DNA of 64,000 bases from Phycisphaerales bacterium (GTDB lineage: Bacteria; Planctomycetota; UBA1135; UBA2386): positions 88,108 to 152,107 of the forward strand of contig JADCJE010000032.1 of NCBI GenBank assembly GCA_020247305.1. The letters run 5' to 3'. Below the pieces are notes generated by a model. That model had not been told where the DNA came from, did no database searches, and saw only the letters and a list, made by a program, of their open reading frames with translations. Of this stretch, positions 1-8,667 are shown in pieces. How positions within the stretch are numbered: position 1 is the first letter of the stretch; the number at the start of each line of letters is the position of its first letter. The translations under genes were made by a program, and so were the position numbers.

Positions 1-1
1 C

Positions 2-241
2 CAGGCCGGCAAGCCACAGCAATTGGAGTTGCGCATCGTGCCGCGCGGCGAGCCGTCGTCGCGGCAGTTCGCGTTCGTGGCCTCGTGGAACGGCGTGGTC
101 GTGCACCGGCGCGACATGCAGTCCCTCAGCGGCAACACCAACTCCGAGCTGAAGACCGTGCTCTTCGCGCTCGGGGACAAGGGCGACGAGGTGGACGTCG
201 CATTCGACGACTGGCGCCTGGAGCGCCGCAAGGAGCGCTGA
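2..241 (+). CDS. 3' end of a CDS truncated by the window edge; unknown function, ends 1 nt before the gspG-like start
   Basis: Frame is open from nt 2 with high GC3. Stop at 239-241, next ATG at 243. No recognisable motif. Confidence 0.5.
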   Translation, partial: QAGKPQQLELRIVPRGEPSSRQFAFVASWNGVVVHRRDMQSLSGNTNSELKTVLFALGDKGDEVDVAFDDWRLERRKER

Positions 242-242
242 G

Positions 243-881
243 ATGGAACGCCACGTCCGTGCCGCCGCGCGCGGCTTCACGCTGATCGAGCTGCTGATCG
301 TGATCTCGATCCTCGGCGTCCTGGCGGCCGTGCTGCTGCCGCAGGTCTTCGGCGCCAACGAAGCGGCGAACGCCGCCGCCACCGAGACCAACCTGCAGAT
401 GCTCGAAGGCGGCATCCAGCGCTTCCAGCGCAAGCACGGCATCTATCCGCCGGACGACCTGAAGGCGCCCGAGGGCATCGCCAAGGCGACCTGGAAGGGC
501 GACAATGGCGTCAACACCGGCATCGAGTCGCTGGTCTGCTTCCTCAGCCAGTCACAGCAGGACGGCCTCGACCTGGCGAGCCTCGCCGACCGCTTCGCCA
601 ACACGGACGGCGACGACCATGGCGTCGAGCTGCCGCTGCTCAAGCGCCGCGACCGCCTGGAGATCACCGACCACTGGCAGACGCCGATCGCATACTTCGG
701 CAAGTTCGGCCTCGAACGCGCGCAGGTGGTCAAGCCCGACCCCGAGTCCGACACCGTGCAGGTGAAGACGCGGCGGCGGCCCGATGGCGTGGTCTACGGG
801 GCCGGCAAGTTCCAACTGCTCAGCGCCGGGCCGGACCGGACGTTCAACACCGACGACGACCTCGTCTGGCCAGCCAACTGA
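243..881 (+). CDS. gspG: T2SS major pseudopilin GspG-like, with an internal insertion (212 aa)
   Basis: Prepilin signal AARG|FTLIELLIVISILGVLAAV with Glu+5. C-terminal GspG-like stretch DHWQTPIAYF...FQLLSAGPDRTFNTDDDLVW. Confidence 0.8.
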   Translation: MERHVRAAARGFTLIELLIVISILGVLAAVLLPQVFGANEAANAAATETNLQMLEGGIQRFQRKHGIYPPDDLKAPEGIAKATWKGDNGVNTGIESLVCFLSQSQQDGLDLASLADRFANTDGDDHGVELPLLKRRDRLEITDHWQTPIAYFGKFGLERAQVVKPDPESDTVQVKTRRRPDGVVYGAGKFQLLSAGPDRTFNTDDDLVWPAN

Positions 882-890
882 CCATCCGCG

Positions 891-1820
891 ATGCGCCGCG
901 CCGCCGGATTCACGCTGTTCGAACTGCTGGTGGTCATCGCCATCCTGTCGGTGCTCACCGGCTTGTCCGTCGGCTTCCTCGGCAAGACCGACCCGACGAT
1001 GGTCGCCAACGCCGTGCTCGGCGGCGAACTGCGCGCCGCGCAGTTGTCGGCGCGGGCCGAAGGCGTGCCGACGGAGGTTCTCTTGCAGCCGGGCACCGAC
1101 GAAGGTCCCGCCACCGTGCAGGCGCGGCTGCTGCGGCCGGTGGTCTCGTTCCGCTTCGAGCCGAATCAGGCCTACGAGGACGATTCGCTGCGACCGGTCC
1201 TCGGCGGCGAGGACGCCGCCGACGGGCGCTTCGGGCACGCGCGCCGGGTCGCTCCCGGCGGCAAGGGCGCCGTCGTGCGCTGGACGCCGACCGCGGCGCT
1301 GCTCGACCTGCGCGACGGCTTCGTCGTGCGCTTCGACCTGCTGCTCGACTCGGCCGGACCGGCGACCCTGCTGCGCTTGCCGCCGGCAATCGAGCTGACG
1401 CTCGACGCCGACGGCCGCCTGCGCGCACGGTTGCGCGTGGCGGGACTCGGTGGTGGCGACAACCGGCTCGTTCCGGTCGCGTCCTCTCAGCCGCTGCCGC
1501 GCGGACGGTGGTGCACGGTCGACCTCGGCTGCGACACCCGGCGCTGCTGGCTCGCGGTCGACGGCAGGGATGTCGGTGACGCCGTGTGCGACGGCGTGCC
1601 GCAGCAGGAAGACGACGCCACCTTCGAGTTCGCGCCGGCGGACGCGGCGTTCACGGGTCTCGTCGACGAACTGCGGTGGTTCGTCTACCAGTTCGGCTCG
1701 CCGCAGCAGCTGCCGATCGAGTGCGAGGCGCCGAAGGCGCTGCGCTTCTCGTTCGACGCGCGCGGCGAGGCGGTGGAACGGCACGCCGTGGCGTTCACGG
1801 TGCGGGAGGACGGCAAGTGA
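891..1820 (+). CDS. Prepilin-type N-terminal methylation-domain protein with a LamG/concanavalin-like C-terminal domain (minor pseudopilin)
   Basis: RRAAG|FTLFELLVVIAILSVL leader. C-terminal part resembles Laminin_G_3 (RGRWCTVDLGCD..CWLAVDGRDVG). Stop overlaps the next start (GTGA). Confidence 0.7.
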   Translation: MRRAAGFTLFELLVVIAILSVLTGLSVGFLGKTDPTMVANAVLGGELRAAQLSARAEGVPTEVLLQPGTDEGPATVQARLLRPVVSFRFEPNQAYEDDSLRPVLGGEDAADGRFGHARRVAPGGKGAVVRWTPTAALLDLRDGFVVRFDLLLDSAGPATLLRLPPAIELTLDADGRLRARLRVAGLGGGDNRLVPVASSQPLPRGRWCTVDLGCDTRRCWLAVDGRDVGDAVCDGVPQQEDDATFEFAPADAAFTGLVDELRWFVYQFGSPQQLPIECEAPKALRFSFDARGEAVERHAVAFTVREDGK

Positions 1821-4800
1821 GGATCGCCACCTGCGACCGCTCGGCGGGCGTGGCGCTGCTCGCCGTGCTCTTCGCGTTGACGTTGCTGATGCTGTTGGCG
1901 CTGCCGTTCGCGGTGTCGATGTCCGTCGGCGCCGACGCCGCCGTGCGCGAGGTCGAGGAGACGAGCGTCGTGCAGGCCGCCGCGAGCGCGCGCGAGCTGC
2001 TGCTGGCGGACGCGGCGTTGTCGCACCCGGCGATCGATCCGACGCCGATGTCCGACGGCCTCGAGGAGTTCCCCCAGGCGGTCGAACTGCCGAAGGCCTT
2101 CCAGGCGCTCGGCGAAGACGGTCGCGTCGTCTTCGGCGGCGGCGTCACCGACCTGCAGCGCCTGTTCGCGTTGGACGGCGCCTCGCCGCTGCTGTTCGCC
2201 AACGTGCTCGGTTCGACCACGCGGTTGCGCGAAGAGCTGCTGCCCGACGCGAACGAGATCGCCGTCGACGCCGCGGACGAGCTGCCGCCGACCGGCATGG
2301 TCTTCGTCGGCGGCGAACTGATCCGGTACGGCGCGCGCACGGCCAACGCGCTGCAGCAGCTCGAACGCGCGGTCGACGCGCCGGAGTTCGGCGACGGGCG
2401 CGAGCCGATTCCGGCCCAGTCGCTGGTGCTCGACTGGCGCTGCATCCAGGCCGCCAACTGGCCGAACCAGGGCTCGGATCCGACGCGGCGCACGCGCCAG
2501 CCGTTCCAGTCGGTCGGCGACCTGCTGGCCATCGAGCGCGCCGGGGCCGGCCCGTTCACGCCGGCGGAGATGGACCTTCTGCGCGCCAGCTTCACCACCG
2601 ACACGCAGGCGACGAGCGCGCCGACGTGGGGTCGTCCCGAGCGCGTCTTCGGCGCGCTGGTCGCTGGGGAATCGCGCCAGCTGATCGTCAAGTCGGCCTT
2701 GCACCTCGGCCCGGGCAGCACGGTCCGACTGCGCAACCTGCGCACCGGCGCGGTCGAACACGGCCTCGTCGTCGGCACGGCGACGGCCACCGGTCAGCAG
2801 GCCGTGCAGTTGCCGAGCACGTTCCTGCTGAACCTGCTGCACCGCGTGCTGCAGGACTTCCCGGCCGTCGACACCGTCGTCGAGCCGTTGATCCCGGCGC
2901 CGATCAACGTCAACACGGCGAGCGTCGAAGCCCTGACGGCGGTGTTCGCGCAACTGCGGCAGCCGCCGGTGGTACGACAGACGGAGTCGGGCGTGCAGCG
3001 TTCGACGCCGCCGATCTTCGCGCGCGCCGCCGCGCGGCAACTGGCGGAGGACATTGCCCTGCTGCGCGCCGCGTCGGACCGCCCGGGCACAGGCGCATTC
3101 ACCGGCTGGCAGGACTTTGTCGAGCGACTCTGGCGGCCGCGCCTCGAAGCCGCCGCCGCCCAGGATGACGTCGCGCTGCTGGTCAACATCTACCGCAACC
3201 TGCACACCGGCCGCGACACGGTGCTGGAGATGGGCACGGCGCCGTTCTGCTTCCAGTCAGGACCGTGGATGGCGTACCGCGCCGCCGCCAGCCGCACGCG
3301 CAGCGCGGTGGCGCCGGGTGTCGCCGCGCGCAATGAACGCACGGGCGTCGCGCTGGCCGTGCCGGGGTTCGCCATCGAACGCCGGTGGGCGACGCAGGAG
3401 CAGTTCGAGGACGCCCTGCAGCTCGACCGCCGCTCGCCGTTCTGGGCCACGAATCCCGTCAACCTCGGCGCGATCCAGCCGAACGCGCTGGGCGCCGATC
3501 CGGCGTCGCGGTCGGCGCCACACCTCCTGGCGGCGGCGTTCCCGAACCTGGGGTTTGGCCAGCTGCGCTTCCCGGCGCGCGACGACGTCGCGGCGGGCAT
3601 CCAACCGGCGCCGGCATCGGCCTTGCCCGGCAACTGGAACCGCAGCCCCGTGCTGCGCGTGCAGGAGTCCTTCCCGTTCGCGCAGGACGTACGCGGCCAC
3701 GACGTCAGCAAGCTCGGCGCATTGCGGCTCAACAACACAGGGCCGTCGCAGCCGCAGGGCCAGGGCGGCGCACCGCAGCAGCCGTCGCAGCGGGCGGTCA
3801 CCCAGCAGGGGTCCGGCAGGCACGACCAGATCTCGTTCCCGTTCAGCACGCCGGACAGCTTCCTCGGCAAGTTCGGCCTCGGCGCGTGGCTGGAGCCGCA
3901 GAACCTCGCCGCGGTGACGTTGTTCGAGCACGGCGACGGCAACGACCTGCGCAACCGCCTCGCCGTCGAAGTGCGCGACGGCAACCTGTTGCTCGAGTCG
4001 ATCGACGAAGCCGGCATCGACCCGAACCCGAGCGCGTCGCCGGCCGGCGTGCAGCGCACGGCGACGCAGGTGGTGTTGCCGCTCGCCGAGTTGGCGATGC
4101 CGGCCAACACGCCGCTGCACGTGTCGTTCCAGGCGGCCGGCGGCCGGCCGTCGGACCTCGCTCTGCACGTCGACGGCTTCCCGCGCGGCCGACCTCGCTT
4201 CCAGACGTACCTGACGGCGGCGGTGCCGGTGTTCGACCCGCAGCGCGGCAACAACCAGACGCTTCCGGGCATGGCCGGCAACGAGCGCTACCTCGACCTG
4301 CAGGTCGAGAGCACGGACGGCTTTCCGCCGGTCGGCCTGCTGCGCATCGGCGTCGAGTACTTCGAGTACACCAGCATCCGCGGCAACACGTTCCGCTGCC
4401 AGTTCAACGATTCGATGGGCGGTCGCGCGGCGCGCCAGCGCGGGCGCGAGATGCGGCCGGACATCCCGGTCGACGAGCAGGGCCGGCCGCGCGTCGACAT
4501 CAACAGTCCGGAGTTCGCCAACGTCAACCTCGACGTCTTCCCGGCGCACCCCGCCGGTTCGGTGGTCGAACTCGCCGGCTGGTCGCTGCCGCTCAGCGAG
4601 GACACGCCGATGATGGTCGGCAGGACGGCCCTCGACGGTTCGATCGGCGGTTGGGCGGTGGCGCGCGGGTACATCGACAACCCGCGCCCGATCACCATCC
4701 AGATCCCGATGGGGCCTTCGTTCCCGATCGGCGACGGCATCGACGAGAACTGGAACGGCACGCTGTTGCTCGCCGATCCCGTGCCGACCGGAAGGACCTA

Positions 4801-6997
4801 TCCGCCGCCGGCCGCACAGGAAGAGATCGTCAACGCGTTCCCGGCCACCGGCGGGTACGCGTTGATCGTCCAGGGCCTGCAGCAGTGGGACCGGACCCTG
4901 GCGACGACGTCCGCGTCGGCCACGTTCGGCGGCGTCGAGGTGATCCGGTACGCGGCGCGGCAAGGCAACCAGCTGACCGGGGTGCAGCGGGCGCAATCGG
5001 CGGCGATCCCGGGCCAGGACGGTCAGATCGCCATCGACCAGTTCGACGGCCGCCCGCGCCGGTTCGTCTGCAACTACGTCGACATCGGCCTGCCACAGGA
5101 ACCGGGCAGGACCTTCGACGACCTGCCGACCGAGATCGTCTTCGTGGTGCCGATCTCGCTGCCGGTGGCCAACACGCAGGTGCTGTGGGATCCGCAGGCG
5201 CGGCAGATGACCGAGTTCTGCCAGCTGCTGCCGACGGGCAACGCCGTCGACACCGAGTGGGTGCGCTACGACGTCATCGCCGAGCGTCGCCACATCGTGC
5301 GCGGCAACCGCGCCGCATGGGAAGCGCTGCGGTTCATCCTGACCAACCGCATCGGCGCCGCCCAGATCGACGTCGGCCCGCTTGGACCCAACAGCCAGCC
5401 GTCGGCGACGACGCCGCCTTGGCCCCAGGTCGTGCCGACTTCGGGCTACATCGGGTACGTGCCGCAGATGGAGAGCACGTGGCCGCAGATCCACGCGGCG
5501 CGGCGGGCGCTCGCCTTCCGCGGGGACCCGTTCACCGGCACGTCGTCGCATCCCCAGGCCAGCGCTGCGGTGCTGCCGTGCCACCGCATGCAGCTGTCGT
5601 GGGGCAATTTCGGCGTCTACACCGGACGCGCCGGCCGGCACGACCGCGTGGCGATGGTGCAGGGATCGACGGCCAGCGGCACGCAGCGTCCGCCGGTTGA
5701 ATGGCTGAGCGTCAACTGGGCCTGCCGGCGGTACGAAGCCGACAACCTGCAGCAGGGCCAGACCCCGCCGGAGCGCCTGGGTCCGTGGCCCTTCCAGCTG
5801 GTCGGCTTCACCGACCAGGTCACCAACGTCTACCTCGGACCGCCGCGCGGCACGCCGGTCTTCGAGCCGCGGCGCTTCGACCGGCTCGTCAAGTTCCCGA
5901 GCGGCGAACTGCCGGCGGCGTGGTGCCAGCAGCCCACGCTCGGCGCCGGCATCGGCAACGCGCAGCAGATGCAGGGCTACGTCGATGAGGTCGACCTGGT
6001 CCAGCACGCGCGCCCGACGCTGGTGCTCGACGAAGACTGCGCCGACGGCGCGCAGACCTTCCGGGTCGTGCCGACGATGCTCGTCGCCTCGTCGGGGCCG
6101 GTGTACTTCGCCAACGACATCACCCCGGCGCTGCCGCAGACCGGCGGGCTGGTGCAGATCGGCGGCGAAGTACTCGCCTACCAGACGCATGCCGACGGCA
6201 CCTTCCAGGTGGCGATCAACGGTCGCGGGCTGCTGAACACGCAGCCACGCAGCCACGCGCGAGGCAGCCGCGTGGAGTTCCTGTCGCACCGTTCGGCGGC
6301 GATCCTCGCCAGCGGCCTCGGCATCCGCGACAACACGCTGCCGCTGCAGGACCTCGGCGCCTTGTCGCCGCGCCAGGGCACCGTCCTGGTCGGCACGGAG
6401 TTGCTGCACTACAGCTGGATCCGCCGCAACGGCGACCAGGTGCAGCTGGAGATGCCGCGCCACTTCCCCGGGGAAGACGAGCCCGGTGGCGGCCAGCCGC
6501 GCGGCTTGTTCCGCGGGCGCTTTGGCACGATGCCGGCGACGGCAGGCGCCGGCCAGGCCGTGGTCGGCTTCCCGTTCCGCTACTGGGACCGGCAGGTCGA
6601 GCGCAGCGACGACCCGGAGCTCGCGTACTTCCAGGTGACCCACACCGAAGCGCCGGGCTTCTTCAAGTCGCTGCGCTGGCGGCAGGAGACGCTGGATCCG
6701 CGCGTCGACGTGGTCTGCCTCGCCCGCGTCGACGGCAAGCTGCCGTGGGAAGGCGCGCCGCTGCCGGCGGGCGGCTTCTGGGAGCTGCGCGGCGGCAGCG
6801 CTGACGCTCCGCCTCACCGCCTGATGCACCACGGCAGCCAGCTGGAGCTGCGCTTCCTCACGCGGTACCAGCCCGGCTGCGTCGATCTGGTGACCTACCG
6901 GGCGCATGGCTGGAAGACGACGGCGCGCATCGAGGACGTGCGTGTCGAGTACGAAGGCCAGTCGCGGGTGCTCGTCGAGGAGGTGACGGCGCGATGA
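1817..6997 (+). CDS. Giant GspK-like pseudopilin-family protein (~1726 aa)
   Basis: GTG at 1817 overlaps the upstream stop (GTGA). N-terminus RSAGVALLAVLFALTLLMLLALPF is GspK-like (hydrophobic helix, no Glu+5). PINVNTASVEALTAV helix-hairpin-helix signature at 2900-2941. High GC3 in this frame. Stop overlaps the next ATG (ATGA). Confidence 0.7.
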   Translation: MRIATCDRSAGVALLAVLFALTLLMLLALPFAVSMSVGADAAVREVEETSVVQAAASARELLLADAALSHPAIDPTPMSDGLEEFPQAVELPKAFQALGEDGRVVFGGGVTDLQRLFALDGASPLLFANVLGSTTRLREELLPDANEIAVDAADELPPTGMVFVGGELIRYGARTANALQQLERAVDAPEFGDGREPIPAQSLVLDWRCIQAANWPNQGSDPTRRTRQPFQSVGDLLAIERAGAGPFTPAEMDLLRASFTTDTQATSAPTWGRPERVFGALVAGESRQLIVKSALHLGPGSTVRLRNLRTGAVEHGLVVGTATATGQQAVQLPSTFLLNLLHRVLQDFPAVDTVVEPLIPAPINVNTASVEALTAVFAQLRQPPVVRQTESGVQRSTPPIFARAAARQLAEDIALLRAASDRPGTGAFTGWQDFVERLWRPRLEAAAAQDDVALLVNIYRNLHTGRDTVLEMGTAPFCFQSGPWMAYRAAASRTRSAVAPGVAARNERTGVALAVPGFAIERRWATQEQFEDALQLDRRSPFWATNPVNLGAIQPNALGADPASRSAPHLLAAAFPNLGFGQLRFPARDDVAAGIQPAPASALPGNWNRSPVLRVQESFPFAQDVRGHDVSKLGALRLNNTGPSQPQGQGGAPQQPSQRAVTQQGSGRHDQISFPFSTPDSFLGKFGLGAWLEPQNLAAVTLFEHGDGNDLRNRLAVEVRDGNLLLESIDEAGIDPNPSASPAGVQRTATQVVLPLAELAMPANTPLHVSFQAAGGRPSDLALHVDGFPRGRPRFQTYLTAAVPVFDPQRGNNQTLPGMAGNERYLDLQVESTDGFPPVGLLRIGVEYFEYTSIRGNTFRCQFNDSMGGRAARQRGREMRPDIPVDEQGRPRVDINSPEFANVNLDVFPAHPAGSVVELAGWSLPLSEDTPMMVGRTALDGSIGGWAVARGYIDNPRPITIQIPMGPSFPIGDGIDENWNGTLLLADPVPTGRTYPPPAAQEEIVNAFPATGGYALIVQGLQQWDRTLATTSASATFGGVEVIRYAARQGNQLTGVQRAQSAAIPGQDGQIAIDQFDGRPRRFVCNYVDIGLPQEPGRTFDDLPTEIVFVVPISLPVANTQVLWDPQARQMTEFCQLLPTGNAVDTEWVRYDVIAERRHIVRGNRAAWEALRFILTNRIGAAQIDVGPLGPNSQPSATTPPWPQVVPTSGYIGYVPQMESTWPQIHAARRALAFRGDPFTGTSSHPQASAAVLPCHRMQLSWGNFGVYTGRAGRHDRVAMVQGSTASGTQRPPVEWLSVNWACRRYEADNLQQGQTPPERLGPWPFQLVGFTDQVTNVYLGPPRGTPVFEPRRFDRLVKFPSGELPAAWCQQPTLGAGIGNAQQMQGYVDEVDLVQHARPTLVLDEDCADGAQTFRVVPTMLVASSGPVYFANDITPALPQTGGLVQIGGEVLAYQTHADGTFQVAINGRGLLNTQPRSHARGSRVEFLSHRSAAILASGLGIRDNTLPLQDLGALSPRQGTVLVGTELLHYSWIRRNGDQVQLEMPRHFPGEDEPGGGQPRGLFRGRFGTMPATAGAGQAVVGFPFRYWDRQVERSDDPELAYFQVTHTEAPGFFKSLRWRQETLDPRVDVVCLARVDGKLPWEGAPLPAGGFWELRGGSADAPPHRLMHHGSQLELRFLTRYQPGCVDLVTYRAHGWKTTARIEDVRVEYEGQSRVLVEEVTAR

Positions 6998-8199
6998 ATG
7001 TTCCTCTGCGAGCCCCTGCCGCCGGCTTCACGCTGATCGAACTGTTGGTGGTCATGGGCATCCTCACGGGCTTCCTGCTGATGCTGGCCCAACTCGTCGA
7101 TGGCGGCTTGCGGCTGTTCGGCGAGGGCGAACTCGGCCAGGCGTTGGCCGATCGGGCGAGCACGGCGCAGCGGCGGGTGACGGCCGAACTGTCGTTGCTG
7201 CGCGGCGCCGGCAGCCAGCGCGACGCCGCCCAGGTCGTCGACCGGCTCGTCGTGCAGGAACTGCCGCTCGGCCTGCCGCAGCGGCCCGAACGCGGCATCA
7301 GCAAGGGGCAGGTGCTGCGCGGCGCGGTCCGCCTGCCGCCCGATCGCGAACTGCCGCTGCTCGACGCCAAGATCGCGGCGGAACTGCTGCGCGACGATCC
7401 CAAGCTGACCGGCGAGGAACTCGACAAGCGCATCCGCGCCGCGCGCCAGGGCATGCCGCTGCGCGGCCACGGCAACCTGCTGCTGCTGCCGTGGCGCCAG
7501 GAAGGCAGCGACGAAGCCCTGCTCGAACTGCGCGCCGCGTGGCTGTTGCCGGGGCAGATCGTCCCGGTCGGCCCGGATCGCTTCGTCGACCCGTTCGATG
7601 TGCCGCTGCCGGGATCCCCGGACCTGCCGGGCCTCGCGGCCTGGACGCTGACGCAGCCGCTCGTCAGCGACCTCTTGCACGTGGAGTTCCAGTTGTGGGC
7701 GCAGGACACGCGCCAGTGGGCGCGCGACGACGGTCGCACGGGCGGGGGCGTCGCACTGCGCTGCTGGGACAGCGCCCGCGGCGGGTGGTTGGTCGACGCG
7801 GCGGCGGGGGGCGCGTTCCCGTTCGATCGCGGACCGGCCAGCGCCGCGGACGCGCGCGACGACGTCCACCCGCACGCGCTGCTCTGCCGGATCGTCGTGG
7901 CGCAACCGGCGGAGTACGCGCCCGAGGGCCTGCTCGCCGCCGACCTCGCCGTCGACGACACCGTCCTGCGCCTCTACGACGGCGATCGTTTCCCCGGTCC
8001 GGCCGATGGCGGTTGGTTGAAGATCCGCACGGAGTGGATCGCCTACGCCGAGCGCAGCGGTGACGAGTTGCGCGGCCTGCGGCGCGGCCTGCGCAACACG
8101 AGCGCCAAGGACCATGTCTCCGGCGCGCGTGTCCACGTCGGCCGCAGCGTCGAGTTCGTCGTGCCGGTGTTGCACGCGAAGGACGACTGGAATGGCTGA
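6994..8199 (+). CDS. Prepilin-type minor pseudopilin (GspJ-like position), 401 aa
   Basis: APAAG|FTLIELLVVMGILTGF leader. ATGA overlap with the upstream gene. C-terminal motif is shared with the giant protein. Confidence 0.7.
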   Translation: MNVPLRAPAAGFTLIELLVVMGILTGFLLMLAQLVDGGLRLFGEGELGQALADRASTAQRRVTAELSLLRGAGSQRDAAQVVDRLVVQELPLGLPQRPERGISKGQVLRGAVRLPPDRELPLLDAKIAAELLRDDPKLTGEELDKRIRAARQGMPLRGHGNLLLLPWRQEGSDEALLELRAAWLLPGQIVPVGPDRFVDPFDVPLPGSPDLPGLAAWTLTQPLVSDLLHVEFQLWAQDTRQWARDDGRTGGGVALRCWDSARGGWLVDAAAGGAFPFDRGPASAADARDDVHPHALLCRIVVAQPAEYAPEGLLAADLAVDDTVLRLYDGDRFPGPADGGWLKIRTEWIAYAERSGDELRGLRRGLRNTSAKDHVSGARVHVGRSVEFVVPVLHAKDDWNG

Positions 8200-8662
8200 C
8201 CCACGACGCAACGAAGCCGGCTTCACGCTCGCCGAGATGCTCGTGGCGCTCGGCATCCTGTTGTTCGGCGTGACGTCGCTGCTGGCGGCGATGGCGAGCA
8301 GCATCGGCCAACGCCGCAGTTCGGACGCGCGCCTGGAGACCACGGCGCTCGTGGAGCACGTCGTCCACCGTGCGATGCACGAGTGCGTCGCGCTGCGCGA
8401 CGGCAGTTCCTCGCCGGTCGACCTGGAGTTCCGCCCGCTCGTCGACCAGCCCTGGCCGGGGTTCCCCGGCCTGCGGTGGTCGGTGCGCGCGACGGTCGAC
8501 GAGAACCGCCCGACGGTGTGGCTGCTCCGCATCGAAGCCAAGTGGTTCGACGGCGGCGAGGAGATCGTTTCGGAGTACCTTCGGGTCGTGCCGCGGCAGG
8601 CGCCGCTGCGCGACCGGGTGTTGACCGCCCGCGGCGGGGCGGCGGAGACTACGGACAGGTGA
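8192..8662 (+). CDS. Prepilin-type minor pseudopilin (GspI-like), 156 aa
   Basis: ATG at 8192 lies 8 nt inside the upstream gene. RNEAG|FTLAEMLVALGILLFGV leader. Small size typical of GspI/H. Confidence 0.65.
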   Translation: MADPRRNEAGFTLAEMLVALGILLFGVTSLLAAMASSIGQRRSSDARLETTALVEHVVHRAMHECVALRDGSSSPVDLEFRPLVDQPWPGFPGLRWSVRATVDENRPTVWLLRIEAKWFDGGEEIVSEYLRVVPRQAPLRDRVLTARGGAAETTDR

Positions 8663-8667
8663 CGGCC

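Noticed and set aside
3257-6907. Very long antisense or off-frame ORFs. Examples are 552-1784(-), 3257-6907(-), 6895-11001(-), 37540-39396(+), 43052-47062(+), 48271-51210(-) and 55478-57595(-).
   Set aside because: They lie opposite or out of frame to genes with clear family motifs (gcvP, recA, alaS, fab genes, pseudopilins). Their products are Arg/Ala/Pro/Gly-rich low complexity, typical of non-coding frames in very GC-rich DNA, where stop codons are rare.
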